NCBI GenBank assembly: GCA_051002645.1
Contig: JBPCMC010000395.1
Coordinates: 1 to 35,689 of the forward strand
Origin: Thermomicrobiales bacterium
GTDB lineage: Bacteria; Chloroflexota; Chloroflexia; Thermomicrobiales; JALYUS01
DNA length: 35,689 bases
Direction: 5' to 3'
Shown: positions 8,369 through 17,264 of the stretch, in pieces
How the letters are laid out: each line of letters opens with the position of its first letter
Numbering within the stretch: the first letter of the stretch is position 1
Notes under the pieces: model-generated
What the model saw: only the letters and a program-made list of their open reading frames with translations
Databases searched by the model: none
Told to the model about the DNA's origin: nothing
Program-made: the position numbers and the translations under genes

Positions 8369-9328
8369 TTATAACGCCGCGAATTGGTTTGTTGCGCCAA
8401 TGACGGTGGGCAGGAAGGTGTCCCCGCCGCCGTGTCCGGCGTCGTCGAGGACATGAAGGCGGCTGGTGGTCCAACGCCGGGAGAGTTGCCAGGCGGTCTC
8501 CAGCGGGCTACTCACGTCATAGCGACCATGGATGAGCACGCCGGGGATGCCGTTCAGGGTTGCTGCATTACGCAGCAGTTGATCTTCTGCGAGGAAGGCG
8601 GCGTGCCGCCAGTAGTGCGTGACCAGCCGCGCGAAGCGGAGGCGGAATTCCGGGTCTTCGTAGCGCGGGTTCGGCTGATGGCCGGGGGCGAGGGAGACGT
8701 GCGCATCCTCCCAGGCGCACCACTCCCGCGCCGCGTGCTCGCGGACGGCGGGATCGGCGTCGAAGAGCAGCGTCGCGTACGCATCGACGAGCGGTAGGGG
8801 CCGCAGCGTGTCAGGCACGGCTGAGGCGAACCGATCCCACTCGCGCGGGAAGATGCGTCCCACATCGTGGGTGATCCACTCGACCTCGCGGCGGGAGGTG
8901 GTGGTCACGAGCGCCAGCACCAATGCGTTGACTCGCTGCGGGTGCGCCTGGGCATAGGCCAGGCCGAGGGTTGTCCCCCAGGACATGCCCAGGATGGTCC
9001 AACTCTCGGCCCCGTGGAGCCGGCGTAGCAATTCGATGTCGGCGATGAGGTGCGCGGTGGTGTTGGTGCGCAGATCGACATCAGGCTCGCTGGCGAGGGG
9101 GCGACTGCGCCCGGACCCACGCTGGTCGAAGAGAACGATACGGTAGACGTTCGGATCGAAGAAACGTCGCTGGCCGGGCGAGAAGCCGGAACCGGGTCCG
9201 CCGTGGAGGTAGAGCGCGGGTTTGCCAGCGGGGTTGCCGCAACACTCCCAATAGACTTGATGGCCGTCACCCACATCGAGCATACCGCTGTCGTACGGTT
9301 CGATCGCCGGGAACCGGGCGTCCTGCAT
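8369..9328 (-). CDS. pip: prolyl aminopeptidase (proline iminopeptidase), alpha/beta hydrolase
   Basis: YWECCGNPAGKPALYLHGGPGSG, FDQRGSGRS and nucleophile elbow GMSWG. ATG at 9328 follows AAGGAG; the ORF-track start at 9496 is an extension. Confidence 0.9.
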   Translation of the reverse strand: MQDARFPAIEPYDSGMLDVGDGHQVYWECCGNPAGKPALYLHGGPGSGFSPGQRRFFDPNVYRIVLFDQRGSGRSRPLASEPDVDLRTNTTAHLIADIELLRRLHGAESWTILGMSWGTTLGLAYAQAHPQRVNALVLALVTTTSRREVEWITHDVGRIFPREWDRFASAVPDTLRPLPLVDAYATLLFDADPAVREHAAREWCAWEDAHVSLAPGHQPNPRYEDPEFRLRFARLVTHYWRHAAFLAEDQLLRNAATLNGIPGVLIHGRYDVSSPLETAWQLSRRWTTSRLHVLDDAGHGGGDTFLPTVIGATNQFAAL

Positions 9329-9347
9329 CTCGCTACTCCTTTTATCG

Positions 9348-9869
9348 CTATGAAACCGGCAGATCATCGGTCGGCGTGGCTTCGACCGGGCGCGGCGTGG
9401 GGCGGCGGCGCGAGGGTACTCGTGTGTGCAGGAGCGCCGTCTCGCGGGCGCGCTCGCGTTCGTTGAATGGCGTCGCCCAGAGGCCACCGAGCACACCGGC
9501 GACGAAATAGAAGAAGTCCTTGCCGAAGTTGCCCCACGAATCGAGCTTGCCGAGCGACTTTAGGCCGGACACATTGGCGATGTGGATTTCGTCCAGCACC
9601 TGCTTCGTCAGCCAGATGGCGAAGATGTAGAGAACCGCGACGACCGCACCCTGAATGCCCTCGAAGCGGCGACCCATCCGACCGGCGACGAAGCCGCCGA
9701 GCAGCAGAAAGACCATCGTGAGCATATCGACCGGCCCGGCGGTCACTTGCCATCCCACCCGTTCGAGCAGCGGCGTGGCGATCAGCGTGCCGACCGCCGT
9801 GACGAAAAATCCGGCCAGCACAGCGTTCCAGCGAATACGAGGGACCAACGGCGCTGCCTCACAATTCAC
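9348..9869 (-). CDS. hypothetical integral membrane protein (about 4 TM)
   Basis: 173-aa ORF with alternating hydrophobic helices (AVLAGFFVTAVGTLIATPLL, MLTMVFLLLGGFVAG, AVVAVLYIFAIWL, FFYFVAGVLGGLWA). Sits directly upstream of pip, with a GTG start. Confidence 0.6.
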   Translation of the reverse strand: MNCEAAPLVPRIRWNAVLAGFFVTAVGTLIATPLLERVGWQVTAGPVDMLTMVFLLLGGFVAGRMGRRFEGIQGAVVAVLYIFAIWLTKQVLDEIHIANVSGLKSLGKLDSWGNFGKDFFYFVAGVLGGLWATPFNERERARETALLHTRVPSRRRPTPRPVEATPTDDLPVS

Positions 9870-9906
9870 ACGGGATACTCCGCATCATGCGGAGCGACAT
9901 GCGATA

Positions 9907-10473
9907 ATGGTAACACACGCGGGCGCCCGCGCCGCGACCGTAGCCGCACACGGGATGGGGTTGGAGATGGCATCGTCCTATTGGTGTGAAACATGCCGCC
10001 GCGTCTATGCGCCGCGACTGATCGTCGGCGGACTGTGCCCGCGCGGTCACAGCGATGTGCTGCCGGTGGGCCGCTTCGGCGGGATGATTAAGGGGTTTAT
10101 TGCCTCCGGAGGCATCGAGGAGCGATCCGAGGCGCAGACGCGCCACCGGCAATTGATCCACGCCCTCTGGTCGCAGAATGAACGCGATCAGCAGTTCTTC
10201 CAACTCCTGACGCCGCCCGTCTCGCTCAGCAAGTTCATCAAGCGCATGGACGACTTACATCTGCGCGGCGTGGATGAAGGCTGGATCGCCATTGTGCTGC
10301 CGCAGTCGCCCTTCGCGCCCACCTCGGCGTACCGCATCGAGTACGCTGACCCGGAGCGGTTCGTGCGCGAGATGTACGCGCTCTTCGATCTGACACCGCC
10401 GACGGATATTGATGAGCGCGACCAAGCATCGGACGTGATCGGCGTCGGCAGAACCGCCAACCCGGACGGTTAG
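9907..10473 (+). CDS. hypothetical protein with N-terminal zinc-ribbon-like CxxC...CxxxH
   Basis: Coding-looking composition from SYWCETCRRVYAPRLIVGGLCPRGH onward. No family recognised. Start uncertain (ATG at 9907, 9955 or 9967). Confidence 0.5.
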   Translation: MVTHAGARAATVAAHGMGLEMASSYWCETCRRVYAPRLIVGGLCPRGHSDVLPVGRFGGMIKGFIASGGIEERSEAQTRHRQLIHALWSQNERDQQFFQLLTPPVSLSKFIKRMDDLHLRGVDEGWIAIVLPQSPFAPTSAYRIEYADPERFVREMYALFDLTPPTDIDERDQASDVIGVGRTANPDG

Positions 10474-10507
10474 GGCGTTTTCCTTGCTGTGGCAAGCTAA
10501 GAGGCTG

Positions 10508-10617
10508 TTGCAAAACAGGGAAAATTGAACCACCAAGACACCAAGAACACCAAGGAGGGAACAATCGTTCTTTCTCTTGGTGTTCTCCGTGTTCTTGGTG
10601 TCTTGGAGGTTTTGAAT
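10508..10617. repeat. structured palindromic intergenic repeat, family A (CCAAGAC-type), copy 1
   Basis: Arms 10530-10550 (CCACCAAGACACCAAGAACAC) and 10589-10609 form a 21-bp stem with one mismatch. The outer CAAAAC/GTTTTG also pair. Same architecture as 19212-19335. Confidence 0.8.
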
Positions 10618-10648
10618 CTGGCTCTAAAGGCCGCCACTACCGACTCCA

Positions 10649-11245
10649 CTACGCCGAACCAGACGATGAGCGGCCCCGCCCGGCGGCAGCCTCAACATCG
10701 GCGACGCGCCCCATCCCGCTGGCGAGGTATTCCCGCGAGAGCCGCACGTACCCTTCCGCGCTCCGGCGGATGCCGGTGGCCTCGTCGCCGCTCACATCGC
10801 GGCGCGGCTTCGCCGGGACGCCCAGCATCATCGTTTGCGGCGGCACGACGGTACCTTCCGAGACGAGCGCGGCAGCGCCGATGATGCTGCCCGCGCCGAT
10901 CTCGGCGTGATTGAGCACCGTCGCGTGCATACCGACGAGCGAGCCTGCACCGATCGTGCTGCCATGGATGATCGCATTGTGCCCGATCACGCAGTATTCT
11001 CCGATACGCGCGGGTGCGTCGGCGTCGACATGTACGGTCGCATTCTCCTGCACATTCGCGCCCCGCTCCACGATGATCGTCGCATTATCGCCGCGCAATA
11101 CCGCGCCGGTGAGAATTACGCACTCCTCGCCGATCCGCACGTCACCGATGATTACCGCGCCGGGGGCGATGTATGCACTCGCCGCAATCGTCGGCCAGAC
11201 GCCGCGAAACGGATAGATCGCGCCCGCCATCGCCCGCTCGCTCAT
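10649..11245 (-). CDS. gamma-carbonic anhydrase / PaaY-like hexapeptide-repeat protein
   Basis: Left-handed beta-helix hexapeptide repeats (IAPGAVIIGDVRIGEECVI..., IGHNAIIHGSTIGAGSLVGMHATV). The ATG overlaps the thiolase stop (ATGA). Confidence 0.85.
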   Translation of the reverse strand: MSERAMAGAIYPFRGVWPTIAASAYIAPGAVIIGDVRIGEECVILTGAVLRGDNATIIVERGANVQENATVHVDADAPARIGEYCVIGHNAIIHGSTIGAGSLVGMHATVLNHAEIGAGSIIGAAALVSEGTVVPPQTMMLGVPAKPRRDVSGDEATGIRRSAEGYVRLSREYLASGMGRVADVEAAAGRGRSSSGSA

Positions 11246-12438
11246 GCGCGTGCCTCGAGGATGATCGCGTCGCCCTGCGCCCCGCCCGAACAGATCGCCG
11301 CCAGGCCGAGGCCGCCTCCCGAACGCCGCAGGTGGAGCGCGAGCGTCGTGACGAGCCGCGCGCCGGAGGCGCCGATCGGGTGACCGAGGGCAATCGCGCC
11401 CCCGTTGACATTCACGCGCTCCATGTCCACGCCGAGACGCCGCCCGCTGATGATCGGCACACTGGCGAACGCCTCATTGATCTCCACGGCGTCGATGTCG
11501 TCAATGGAGAGATCGGCGCGCGCCAATGCCTTCGCCGCCGCCATCGCCGGGCTGTAGGCGAGATACGGCACGTCCCACGCCGCCGTCGCGCTCGTCACGA
11601 TCCGCGCGAGTGGCGCGATGCCGTGTCCTTCTGCCCACGCGGCGGAGGCAACAACCACCGCCGCCGCGCCGTCGTTGACGCCGGGCGCATTGCCCGCCGT
11701 GACGGTGCCGGAGGGATGGAACGCCGGCGGCAACTTCGCTAATGCGGCAGCCGACGTATCGGGCCGTGGCGCCTCGTCCCGGCCAATGCGGGTAATCATC
11801 CCGCGCCGGTCGGTGATTTCTACCGGCACGATTTCCTCGTCAAACGTCCCCTTGTCGATGGCCGCGACCGCGCGGCGGTGCGAGCGCAAGGCGAAGGCGT
11901 CCTGCTCCTTGCGCGAGACCTTCTCCTCGGCGGCGACCTCATCACCGTATTGGCCCATCACGACATCGCCGACACCGCAGCGCAACCCGTCGTACTGCAT
12001 CGCGTCGAGCAGGACGCCGTTGCCCATCCGGTAACCGAAGCGCGCCTGCGGCAGGAGATACGGGGCATTCGACATGCTCTCCATCCCGCCCGCGACGATC
12101 ACCTCGTACTCGCCCGCCCGGATCAGCGCATCGGCCATCGTAATGGCGCGCATGCCACTAGCGCAGACGCGATTGATCGTGTCGCTCGTCACTTCCCGAC
12201 TGAGACCGGCTTTGAAGGTTGCCTGCCGCGAGGGAATTTGCCCCGCCCCCGCCTGCACGACCATACCCATGATGACATGCTGGACATCCGCACCGCTGAT
12301 GCCCGCGCGCTCAATCGCCGCCCGGATCACCAGCGCGCCGAGATCGACGGCGGAAACGCTGACGAGCGCGCCGCCGAGCTTGCCGAACGGCGTGCGGCAC
12401 GCACTGAGAAGGACGCTGGACGTGGTTGGCTGTGTCAT
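11242..12438 (-). CDS. acetyl-CoA C-acetyltransferase (thiolase II)
   Basis: Active-site region NRVCASGMRAI, plus NEAFA, GGAIALGHPIGASGAR and C-terminal CSGGAQG. Start at MTQPTTSSVLLSACRTPFGK. Confidence 0.92.
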   Translation of the reverse strand: MTQPTTSSVLLSACRTPFGKLGGALVSVSAVDLGALVIRAAIERAGISGADVQHVIMGMVVQAGAGQIPSRQATFKAGLSREVTSDTINRVCASGMRAITMADALIRAGEYEVIVAGGMESMSNAPYLLPQARFGYRMGNGVLLDAMQYDGLRCGVGDVVMGQYGDEVAAEEKVSRKEQDAFALRSHRRAVAAIDKGTFDEEIVPVEITDRRGMITRIGRDEAPRPDTSAAALAKLPPAFHPSGTVTAGNAPGVNDGAAAVVVASAAWAEGHGIAPLARIVTSATAAWDVPYLAYSPAMAAAKALARADLSIDDIDAVEINEAFASVPIISGRRLGVDMERVNVNGGAIALGHPIGASGARLVTTLALHLRRSGGGLGLAAICSGGAQGDAIILEARA

Positions 12439-12496
12439 GGTGTCCCCTGGAGTTCGCTCATTGCGGTAGCCCAAGTGCCGTGCGGCACGTCGGCGG

Positions 12497-12526
12497 AGTA
12501 TAGCGACCGACCGTTGCCACGGTCAA
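12497..12526 (-). promoter_or_regulatory. sigma-70-like promoter for the thiolase operon
   Basis: On the minus strand TTGACC-18 nt-TATACT, about 60 nt upstream of the thiolase ATG. Sequence match only. Confidence 0.4.
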
Positions 12527-12543
12527 GGCAGGGCGACCGCGCG

Positions 12544-13311
12544 TTACCCGACGTGACGGAGCGAGCGGATGTCCGTCGCGCGCAGGCGTTCATTGCCGCC
12601 CGTATCCGTTGTCACGGTCAAGTCGCCGTCCTCGGTCACGTCGCGAGCGACACCGGCAATGGTCATTCCGTTTGCGGCAACCGCGATAACGCGACGATCA
12701 ACTGTCGCTACCGACGCGCGCCAGGCGGCAACAATCGCGGCGCCGGAATCACTGATAGACTGATCTTCCATACGTGCGAACGCGGCGAGAAATGCCTCAA
12801 AGACGATGTCACGATCTATCGCGCGCCCGGCCTCGGCAGCGAGGCTGGATGCGTGCAGCAATCCGCGCGCCCGGAACGTCTCGCGCTCCCCGCTGATATT
12901 CATGCCAATACCGAGCCGGAGCGCCTCCAATCGCGCGCCCTGCCACGTCGCGTCACCGAGGATGCCCGCCACCTTGCGCTCGTTCAGCAGCACGTCGTTT
13001 GGCCATTTGATGGTAGCGGCGAGACCGGTGGCCGCGCGGATGGCGGCAATACCGGCGAGGGCGGCAATCATCGCGTAGCGCGGCACCGATGCCGTGGCAT
13101 GGGGCCGAACGATGACCGTCATCAGTAGGCTCGCTCCCGGCTGGTCGTGCCACGGATCGCCCTTCCGCCCGAAGCCCGCCGTCTGACGCTCGGCAACAAC
13201 GACCGTGCGGTGCGGCGTTCCATTGGCGATCAGGCCTGCGGCGACGACTTGTGTGGAATCGACGGATTCGTAGCGATAGATCGTCCATGAATCGCGCCGC
13301 GCCACTGGCAT
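12544..13311 (-). CDS. birA: biotin--[acetyl-CoA-carboxylase] ligase (no HTH repressor domain)
   Basis: YESVDSTQ, AERQTAGFGRKGDPW and KWPNDVLLNERKVAGILGD motifs. 255 aa from the ATG at 13311, which lies 4 nt downstream of the upstream gene's stop (intergenic 13312-13315). Confidence 0.88.
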   Translation of the reverse strand: MPVARRDSWTIYRYESVDSTQVVAAGLIANGTPHRTVVVAERQTAGFGRKGDPWHDQPGASLLMTVIVRPHATASVPRYAMIAALAGIAAIRAATGLAATIKWPNDVLLNERKVAGILGDATWQGARLEALRLGIGMNISGERETFRARGLLHASSLAAEAGRAIDRDIVFEAFLAAFARMEDQSISDSGAAIVAAWRASVATVDRRVIAVAANGMTIAGVARDVTEDGDLTVTTDTGGNERLRATDIRSLRHVG

Positions 13312-13315
13312 AGCC

Positions 13316-14641
13316 TTACGATTGGGCCGGGACTTCGTCGAATGCCGATGCTTCTCGCGGAACGGGCGATGTATCTTCTGTCGCCCGCACGACGCGCAGA
13401 TTGCCGAGCCGTTGGTTGTCCATCTCCAGGACGGTGAAGACGATTGGATCGACGCGAATCTCCTCACCGACCTCGGGGATACGCCCGATGCGGTCGTAGA
13501 TGAAGCCCGCCAGCGGCTCGCGCTCCTGCTCTTCGTTAGCCCAATGGACATCCATCAGCTGCTCGAAGTCGTGCATCTCGATCTTCGCATTGACGATGTA
13601 CGAGCCATCGGCCTGGCTCTCGACGAGCGGCGGCTCGGCATCGTATTCGTCCTGAATCTCGCCGACGATCTCTTCGAGGATATCCTCAATCGTCACGAGG
13701 CCCGCCGTGCCGCCGTATTCATCGATGACGATGGCGATGTGGACGCGCCGTGCCTGCAATTCCCGCAGCAACTCCGGCAGCGCCTTCCCTTCCGGCACGA
13801 AAATCGGCGCGCGCATGACCGCGACGATGGGCGCGTTCGCGTTCGCCCGGCCAACGAAACGCAGCAGGTCTTTCGCGTAGACGATGCCGACGATGCGATC
13901 CAGGCTCTCTTCATAGACCGGCAGCCGGGAATGACCGGCTTCGAGCGCGATGTCCACCGCCTCTCGCACAGTCGCCTCGCGCGGCACGCCGACCATATCG
14001 ACGCGCGGCGCCATCACGTCCCGGACGGTCGTATCGGTGAAGCGGAAGATGCTGTTAACCATATCGACCTCCTCTTCCTCGATGCGGTTGTCGCCCGCTT
14101 CCTCGCGGACGAGTTGGATCAGCTCTTCTTCCGTGGCCAGCGCGCTGCTCGGCGACGGGGCAGGCACCCGCAGTGCGGCAATAATCGCCGTTGCGATGCC
14201 ATTGATGATCGCGGTAACGGGCGCGAAGACGACGATGGCGACCCGCGCGAGGCGCGCGCAGGCGAGCGCGACATCATCCGGCAGGCGGAGGGCGAGCGCG
14301 CGGGGAACTGCGCGCCCGAAGACGAGCATGACGACGACTGCAACAAAAACGACCAGCGCGACGCCCCATGATGGCAACCGGCCGATGGCGAGATTCGTGA
14401 CGAGCGCGCTGGCGAGCGCGACCGCCGATGTATCGAGGAAGATCATCGTCGATTGCAGGTGGTGGGAGCGGTCGAGGAGGCTCTCGACGGTGCGCGCCCG
14501 GCCACTCCCCTGCGTCGCCAGTTCGGCGATGCGCGTATTGGAGGAGGCGGTGAAGCCGATTAGCACGGCCGTCGAGAAGGCGATGACGCCGACCGCGACG
14601 AGCGCCAATGCCAGGCGTATCCAGTCCCCGATGCTCATCAC
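13316..14641 (-). CDS. CNNM/TlyC-type hemolysin-family protein (DUF21 TM domain + CBS pair + CorC_HlyC)
   Basis: Four N-terminal TM helices, CBS region (VRDVMAPRVDMVGV...SRLPVY), and a C-terminal GFIYDRIGRIPEVGEEI transporter-associated domain. Confidence 0.88.
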   Translation of the reverse strand: MMSIGDWIRLALALVAVGVIAFSTAVLIGFTASSNTRIAELATQGSGRARTVESLLDRSHHLQSTMIFLDTSAVALASALVTNLAIGRLPSWGVALVVFVAVVVMLVFGRAVPRALALRLPDDVALACARLARVAIVVFAPVTAIINGIATAIIAALRVPAPSPSSALATEEELIQLVREEAGDNRIEEEEVDMVNSIFRFTDTTVRDVMAPRVDMVGVPREATVREAVDIALEAGHSRLPVYEESLDRIVGIVYAKDLLRFVGRANANAPIVAVMRAPIFVPEGKALPELLRELQARRVHIAIVIDEYGGTAGLVTIEDILEEIVGEIQDEYDAEPPLVESQADGSYIVNAKIEMHDFEQLMDVHWANEEQEREPLAGFIYDRIGRIPEVGEEIRVDPIVFTVLEMDNQRLGNLRVVRATEDTSPVPREASAFDEVPAQS

Positions 14642-14656
14642 GCTCGCACCTTACCG

Positions 14657-15598
14657 CTAGTCAAACAGGCTGCTTACCGACAGGTCCTTGTGGATACGCT
14701 GAATCGCCTGCGCGAGCAGCGGCGCGACGCTCAAGACGGCAACTCGCGCGCCAACGCCGGCCTCCGCGTCAATCGCCAGGGTGTCGGTGACCCAGAGGCG
14801 CTCGATGCGCGACGCGGCGATCTGCGCCAGCGCGCCATCGGCGAAGACGCCATGGACGGCGGCAGCATAGACGGCGGTCGCGCCCCGCTCGTGCAATTGA
14901 TGAGCCGCCTCGATCAGCGTGCCGCCCGTTGAGATCATATCGTCGATGATGATCGCCACCTTCCCGGACACCTCGCCGACCATATCGAGCATTGCTGCGG
15001 TGTCCGGCGCGTGGCGCATCTTGGAGAAGATCGCCAGACCGCCGCCGATCCGGCTGCGAAAATCGTCCGCCCGCGCGACGCCGCCCGCATCTGGGCTGAC
15101 GATGACCAGTTCCTGGAACCCCTCGCGCTTGATGTAATTGGCGAGGATCGGCGCCGCCCGCAGGTGATCGACCGGGATGTCGAAGAAGCCTTCGATGGCG
15201 GGCGCGTGGAGATCGACGGTCAGGATGCGATCGACGCCCGCCGTCACGAGCAGGTTCGCCACCAGTTTCGCGGAGATCGGCTCGCGCCCGGCGGTCTTCT
15301 TCTCCTGCTTCGCGTACGCATAATATGGAATGACGGCGGTGATCCGGCCGGCAGATGACCGGCGCATCGCGTCGATGGTGATGAGGAGGTCCATCAGGTG
15401 CTGATTGACGGGCGAGCACATCGGCTGGACGATGAAGACGTCCGATCCGCGCACATTCTCCTCGATGCGGACGCGCGTCTCGCCGTTGCGGAATGCCCCG
15501 ACGAGCGCGCGCCCGAGCGGGATGCCGAGGTCCTGCACGATTGCTTCGGCGAGTGGCCGATTCGCGTTGGCCGAAAATACCTGGAGCCGCCCTTCCAT
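14657..15598 (-). CDS. prs: ribose-phosphate pyrophosphokinase
   Basis: FSANANRPLAEAI, FRNGETRVRIEENVRGSDVFIVQ and the PRPP loop VAIIIDDMISTGGTL. AAGGAG RBS. Confidence 0.95.
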   Translation of the reverse strand: MEGRLQVFSANANRPLAEAIVQDLGIPLGRALVGAFRNGETRVRIEENVRGSDVFIVQPMCSPVNQHLMDLLITIDAMRRSSAGRITAVIPYYAYAKQEKKTAGREPISAKLVANLLVTAGVDRILTVDLHAPAIEGFFDIPVDHLRAAPILANYIKREGFQELVIVSPDAGGVARADDFRSRIGGGLAIFSKMRHAPDTAAMLDMVGEVSGKVAIIIDDMISTGGTLIEAAHQLHERGATAVYAAAVHGVFADGALAQIAASRIERLWVTDTLAIDAEAGVGARVAVLSVAPLLAQAIQRIHKDLSVSSLFD

Positions 15599-15600
15599 TG

Positions 15601-17025
15601 CTACTCCTTCTCTCGGTCGCTAGCACGCACACTCTTCGTCCGCATTGGCCGTGCCGGGACACCGGCGACGAGCACGCCGTCCGGCACATCGTGCGTGACG
15701 ACCGCTCCTGCCCCGGTCGCCGCACCGTCACCGACGCGCACGGGCGCGCGCAGGATGGTATCGGAACCGATGAAGGCGTTGTCACCGATCGCCGTGCGCT
15801 TCTTGATCGGCGTCCCGTCGTAGTTCGCCGTGATCGTCCCCGCGCCGATGTTGGCGTGCGCGCCAACCGTCGCGTCCCCGAGATAGGAGACGTGCCCGAC
15901 GGCGGTGTACGGGCCAATCGTCGCCTGCTTGACCTCCACAAAATTACCGATGTGCGCCCCTTCGCGGATCACCGCACCCGCCCGTAGGTGGCTGAAGGGG
16001 CCACAGTCGGCGCCGCGCTCCATCACCGCGTGTTCGAGCGAGGACGCGACGACGCGGCAGTCATCGCCGATGGCGCTCGATGCGATCATGCTATACGGCC
16101 CGATCCGACAGCTCGCCCCGATCACCGTCTCGCCACGCAGGACACAACCGGGCTCGATGATCGTGTCACCGCCGACGCGCACCGTGTCGTCGATGTAGGT
16201 GTGCGCCGGGTCGCGGATCGTCACGCCCGCCAGCATCAGCCGTTGCAGCGTCCGCTCGCGGAGCGCCGTCTCCGCCGCCGCCAGTTGCACACGATCGTTG
16301 ATCCCCATTGCCTCGATCTCCGAGGTCGTCACCGCCGCCACCGGCCAGCATGTCGAATCAGGCGCGTCGCGGAGGGCCATCGCCACGAGGTCCGTCAGGT
16401 AGCGCTCGCCGCTTGCGTTCTCTTCGACGCGCGGCAGCATCGCGCGCAGCCAGGCGGCATCGAAGCAGCAGACGCCGCTGTTGATCTCGTCGATACGCAA
16501 TTCGTCCGCAGTCGCCGCCTTCGTCTCGACAATCGCCGTCACCCGCCCCGCGCCATCGCGCACGATGCGCCCATACTGGGCAGGGTCAGCGACGCGCGCC
16601 GTGAGGAGCGTCACCGTCGCCTGTTCACTGCGATGTGTGGCGAGAAGCGAGGCAAGCGTCGCGTCACTGAGCAGCGGCGTATCGCTAAACGACACCAGCA
16701 CGGTCGTTGCATCTGCTGGGATATGTGGGAGGGCGACTTCGACGGCGTGCGCGGTTCCCTGCTGCGGTTCCTGGAGCGCATAGGTATAGCCGTCACCGAG
16801 GGCGGCGTGCACCTCGTCGGCGCGATGCCCGACTACGATGACCGTCGTGCCCGCGCCGAGGTGCGCGGCGGCTCGGATCGCATAGGCGACGAGCGGGCGA
16901 CCACCGAGCTCGTGCAGCGGCTTCGGCAGCGCCGATCGCATCCGCGTACCGGCACCCGCCGCGAGGATGACGACGGCAAGCGACGGATCAGGCGATTCAG
17001 TTGAAGGCGAATCCGGGGACGGCAC
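15601..17025 (-). CDS. glmU: bifunctional UDP-N-acetylglucosamine pyrophosphorylase / GlcN-1-P N-acetyltransferase
   Basis: N-terminal LAAGAGTRMRSALPKPLH nucleotidyltransferase motif and C-terminal hexapeptide LbH domain. Stop is 2 nt before the prs start. GTG start uncertain. Confidence 0.92.
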   Translation of the reverse strand: MPSPDSPSTESPDPSLAVVILAAGAGTRMRSALPKPLHELGGRPLVAYAIRAAAHLGAGTTVIVVGHRADEVHAALGDGYTYALQEPQQGTAHAVEVALPHIPADATTVLVSFSDTPLLSDATLASLLATHRSEQATVTLLTARVADPAQYGRIVRDGAGRVTAIVETKAATADELRIDEINSGVCCFDAAWLRAMLPRVEENASGERYLTDLVAMALRDAPDSTCWPVAAVTTSEIEAMGINDRVQLAAAETALRERTLQRLMLAGVTIRDPAHTYIDDTVRVGGDTIIEPGCVLRGETVIGASCRIGPYSMIASSAIGDDCRVVASSLEHAVMERGADCGPFSHLRAGAVIREGAHIGNFVEVKQATIGPYTAVGHVSYLGDATVGAHANIGAGTITANYDGTPIKKRTAIGDNAFIGSDTILRAPVRVGDGAATGAGAVVTHDVPDGVLVAGVPARPMRTKSVRASDREKE

Positions 17026-17103
17026 GCGGCGGTTTCCAATCGCGGGGGAGCGTCGCGCGCTCCGCGGCGCATCTTGGTAGGGCTAACGGGCTGACGCGCC
17101 AAC

Positions 17104-17177
17104 TGGCTGGCGGACTAGGATTCGAACCTAGATTAAAGGATCCAAAGTCCTCTGTGCTACCATTGCACCATCCGCCA
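17104..17177 (-). tRNA. tRNA-Gln (anticodon UUG)
   Basis: Minus-strand sense TGGCGGA...TCCGCCA-G-CCA with the U1:A72 pair typical of bacterial tRNA-Gln. Anticodon arm GAGGA-CTTTGGA-TCCTT, T-arm CTAGG-TTCGAAT-CCTAG. Confidence 0.88.
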
Positions 17178-17264
17178 ACGGCCCGTTGACCACCGTAAGT
17201 GTAGCCGAATGCGAGATTTTCTGTCAACGAAATCCCCGCCGGTGCCGACGGGGATTGGCGGCGT

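Noticed and set aside
11878-14371. Long plus-strand ORFs (11878..13128, 13322..14371) opposite thiolase, birA and the CNNM gene
   Set aside because: They are antisense to genes with strong family motifs. Their R/D/A-rich translations show no recognisable domains.
14769-17004. ORFs 14769..15941 (-) and 15988..17004 (+) overlapping prs and glmU
   Set aside because: These are off-frame or antisense shadows of two highly conserved genes, with extremely Arg-rich translations.
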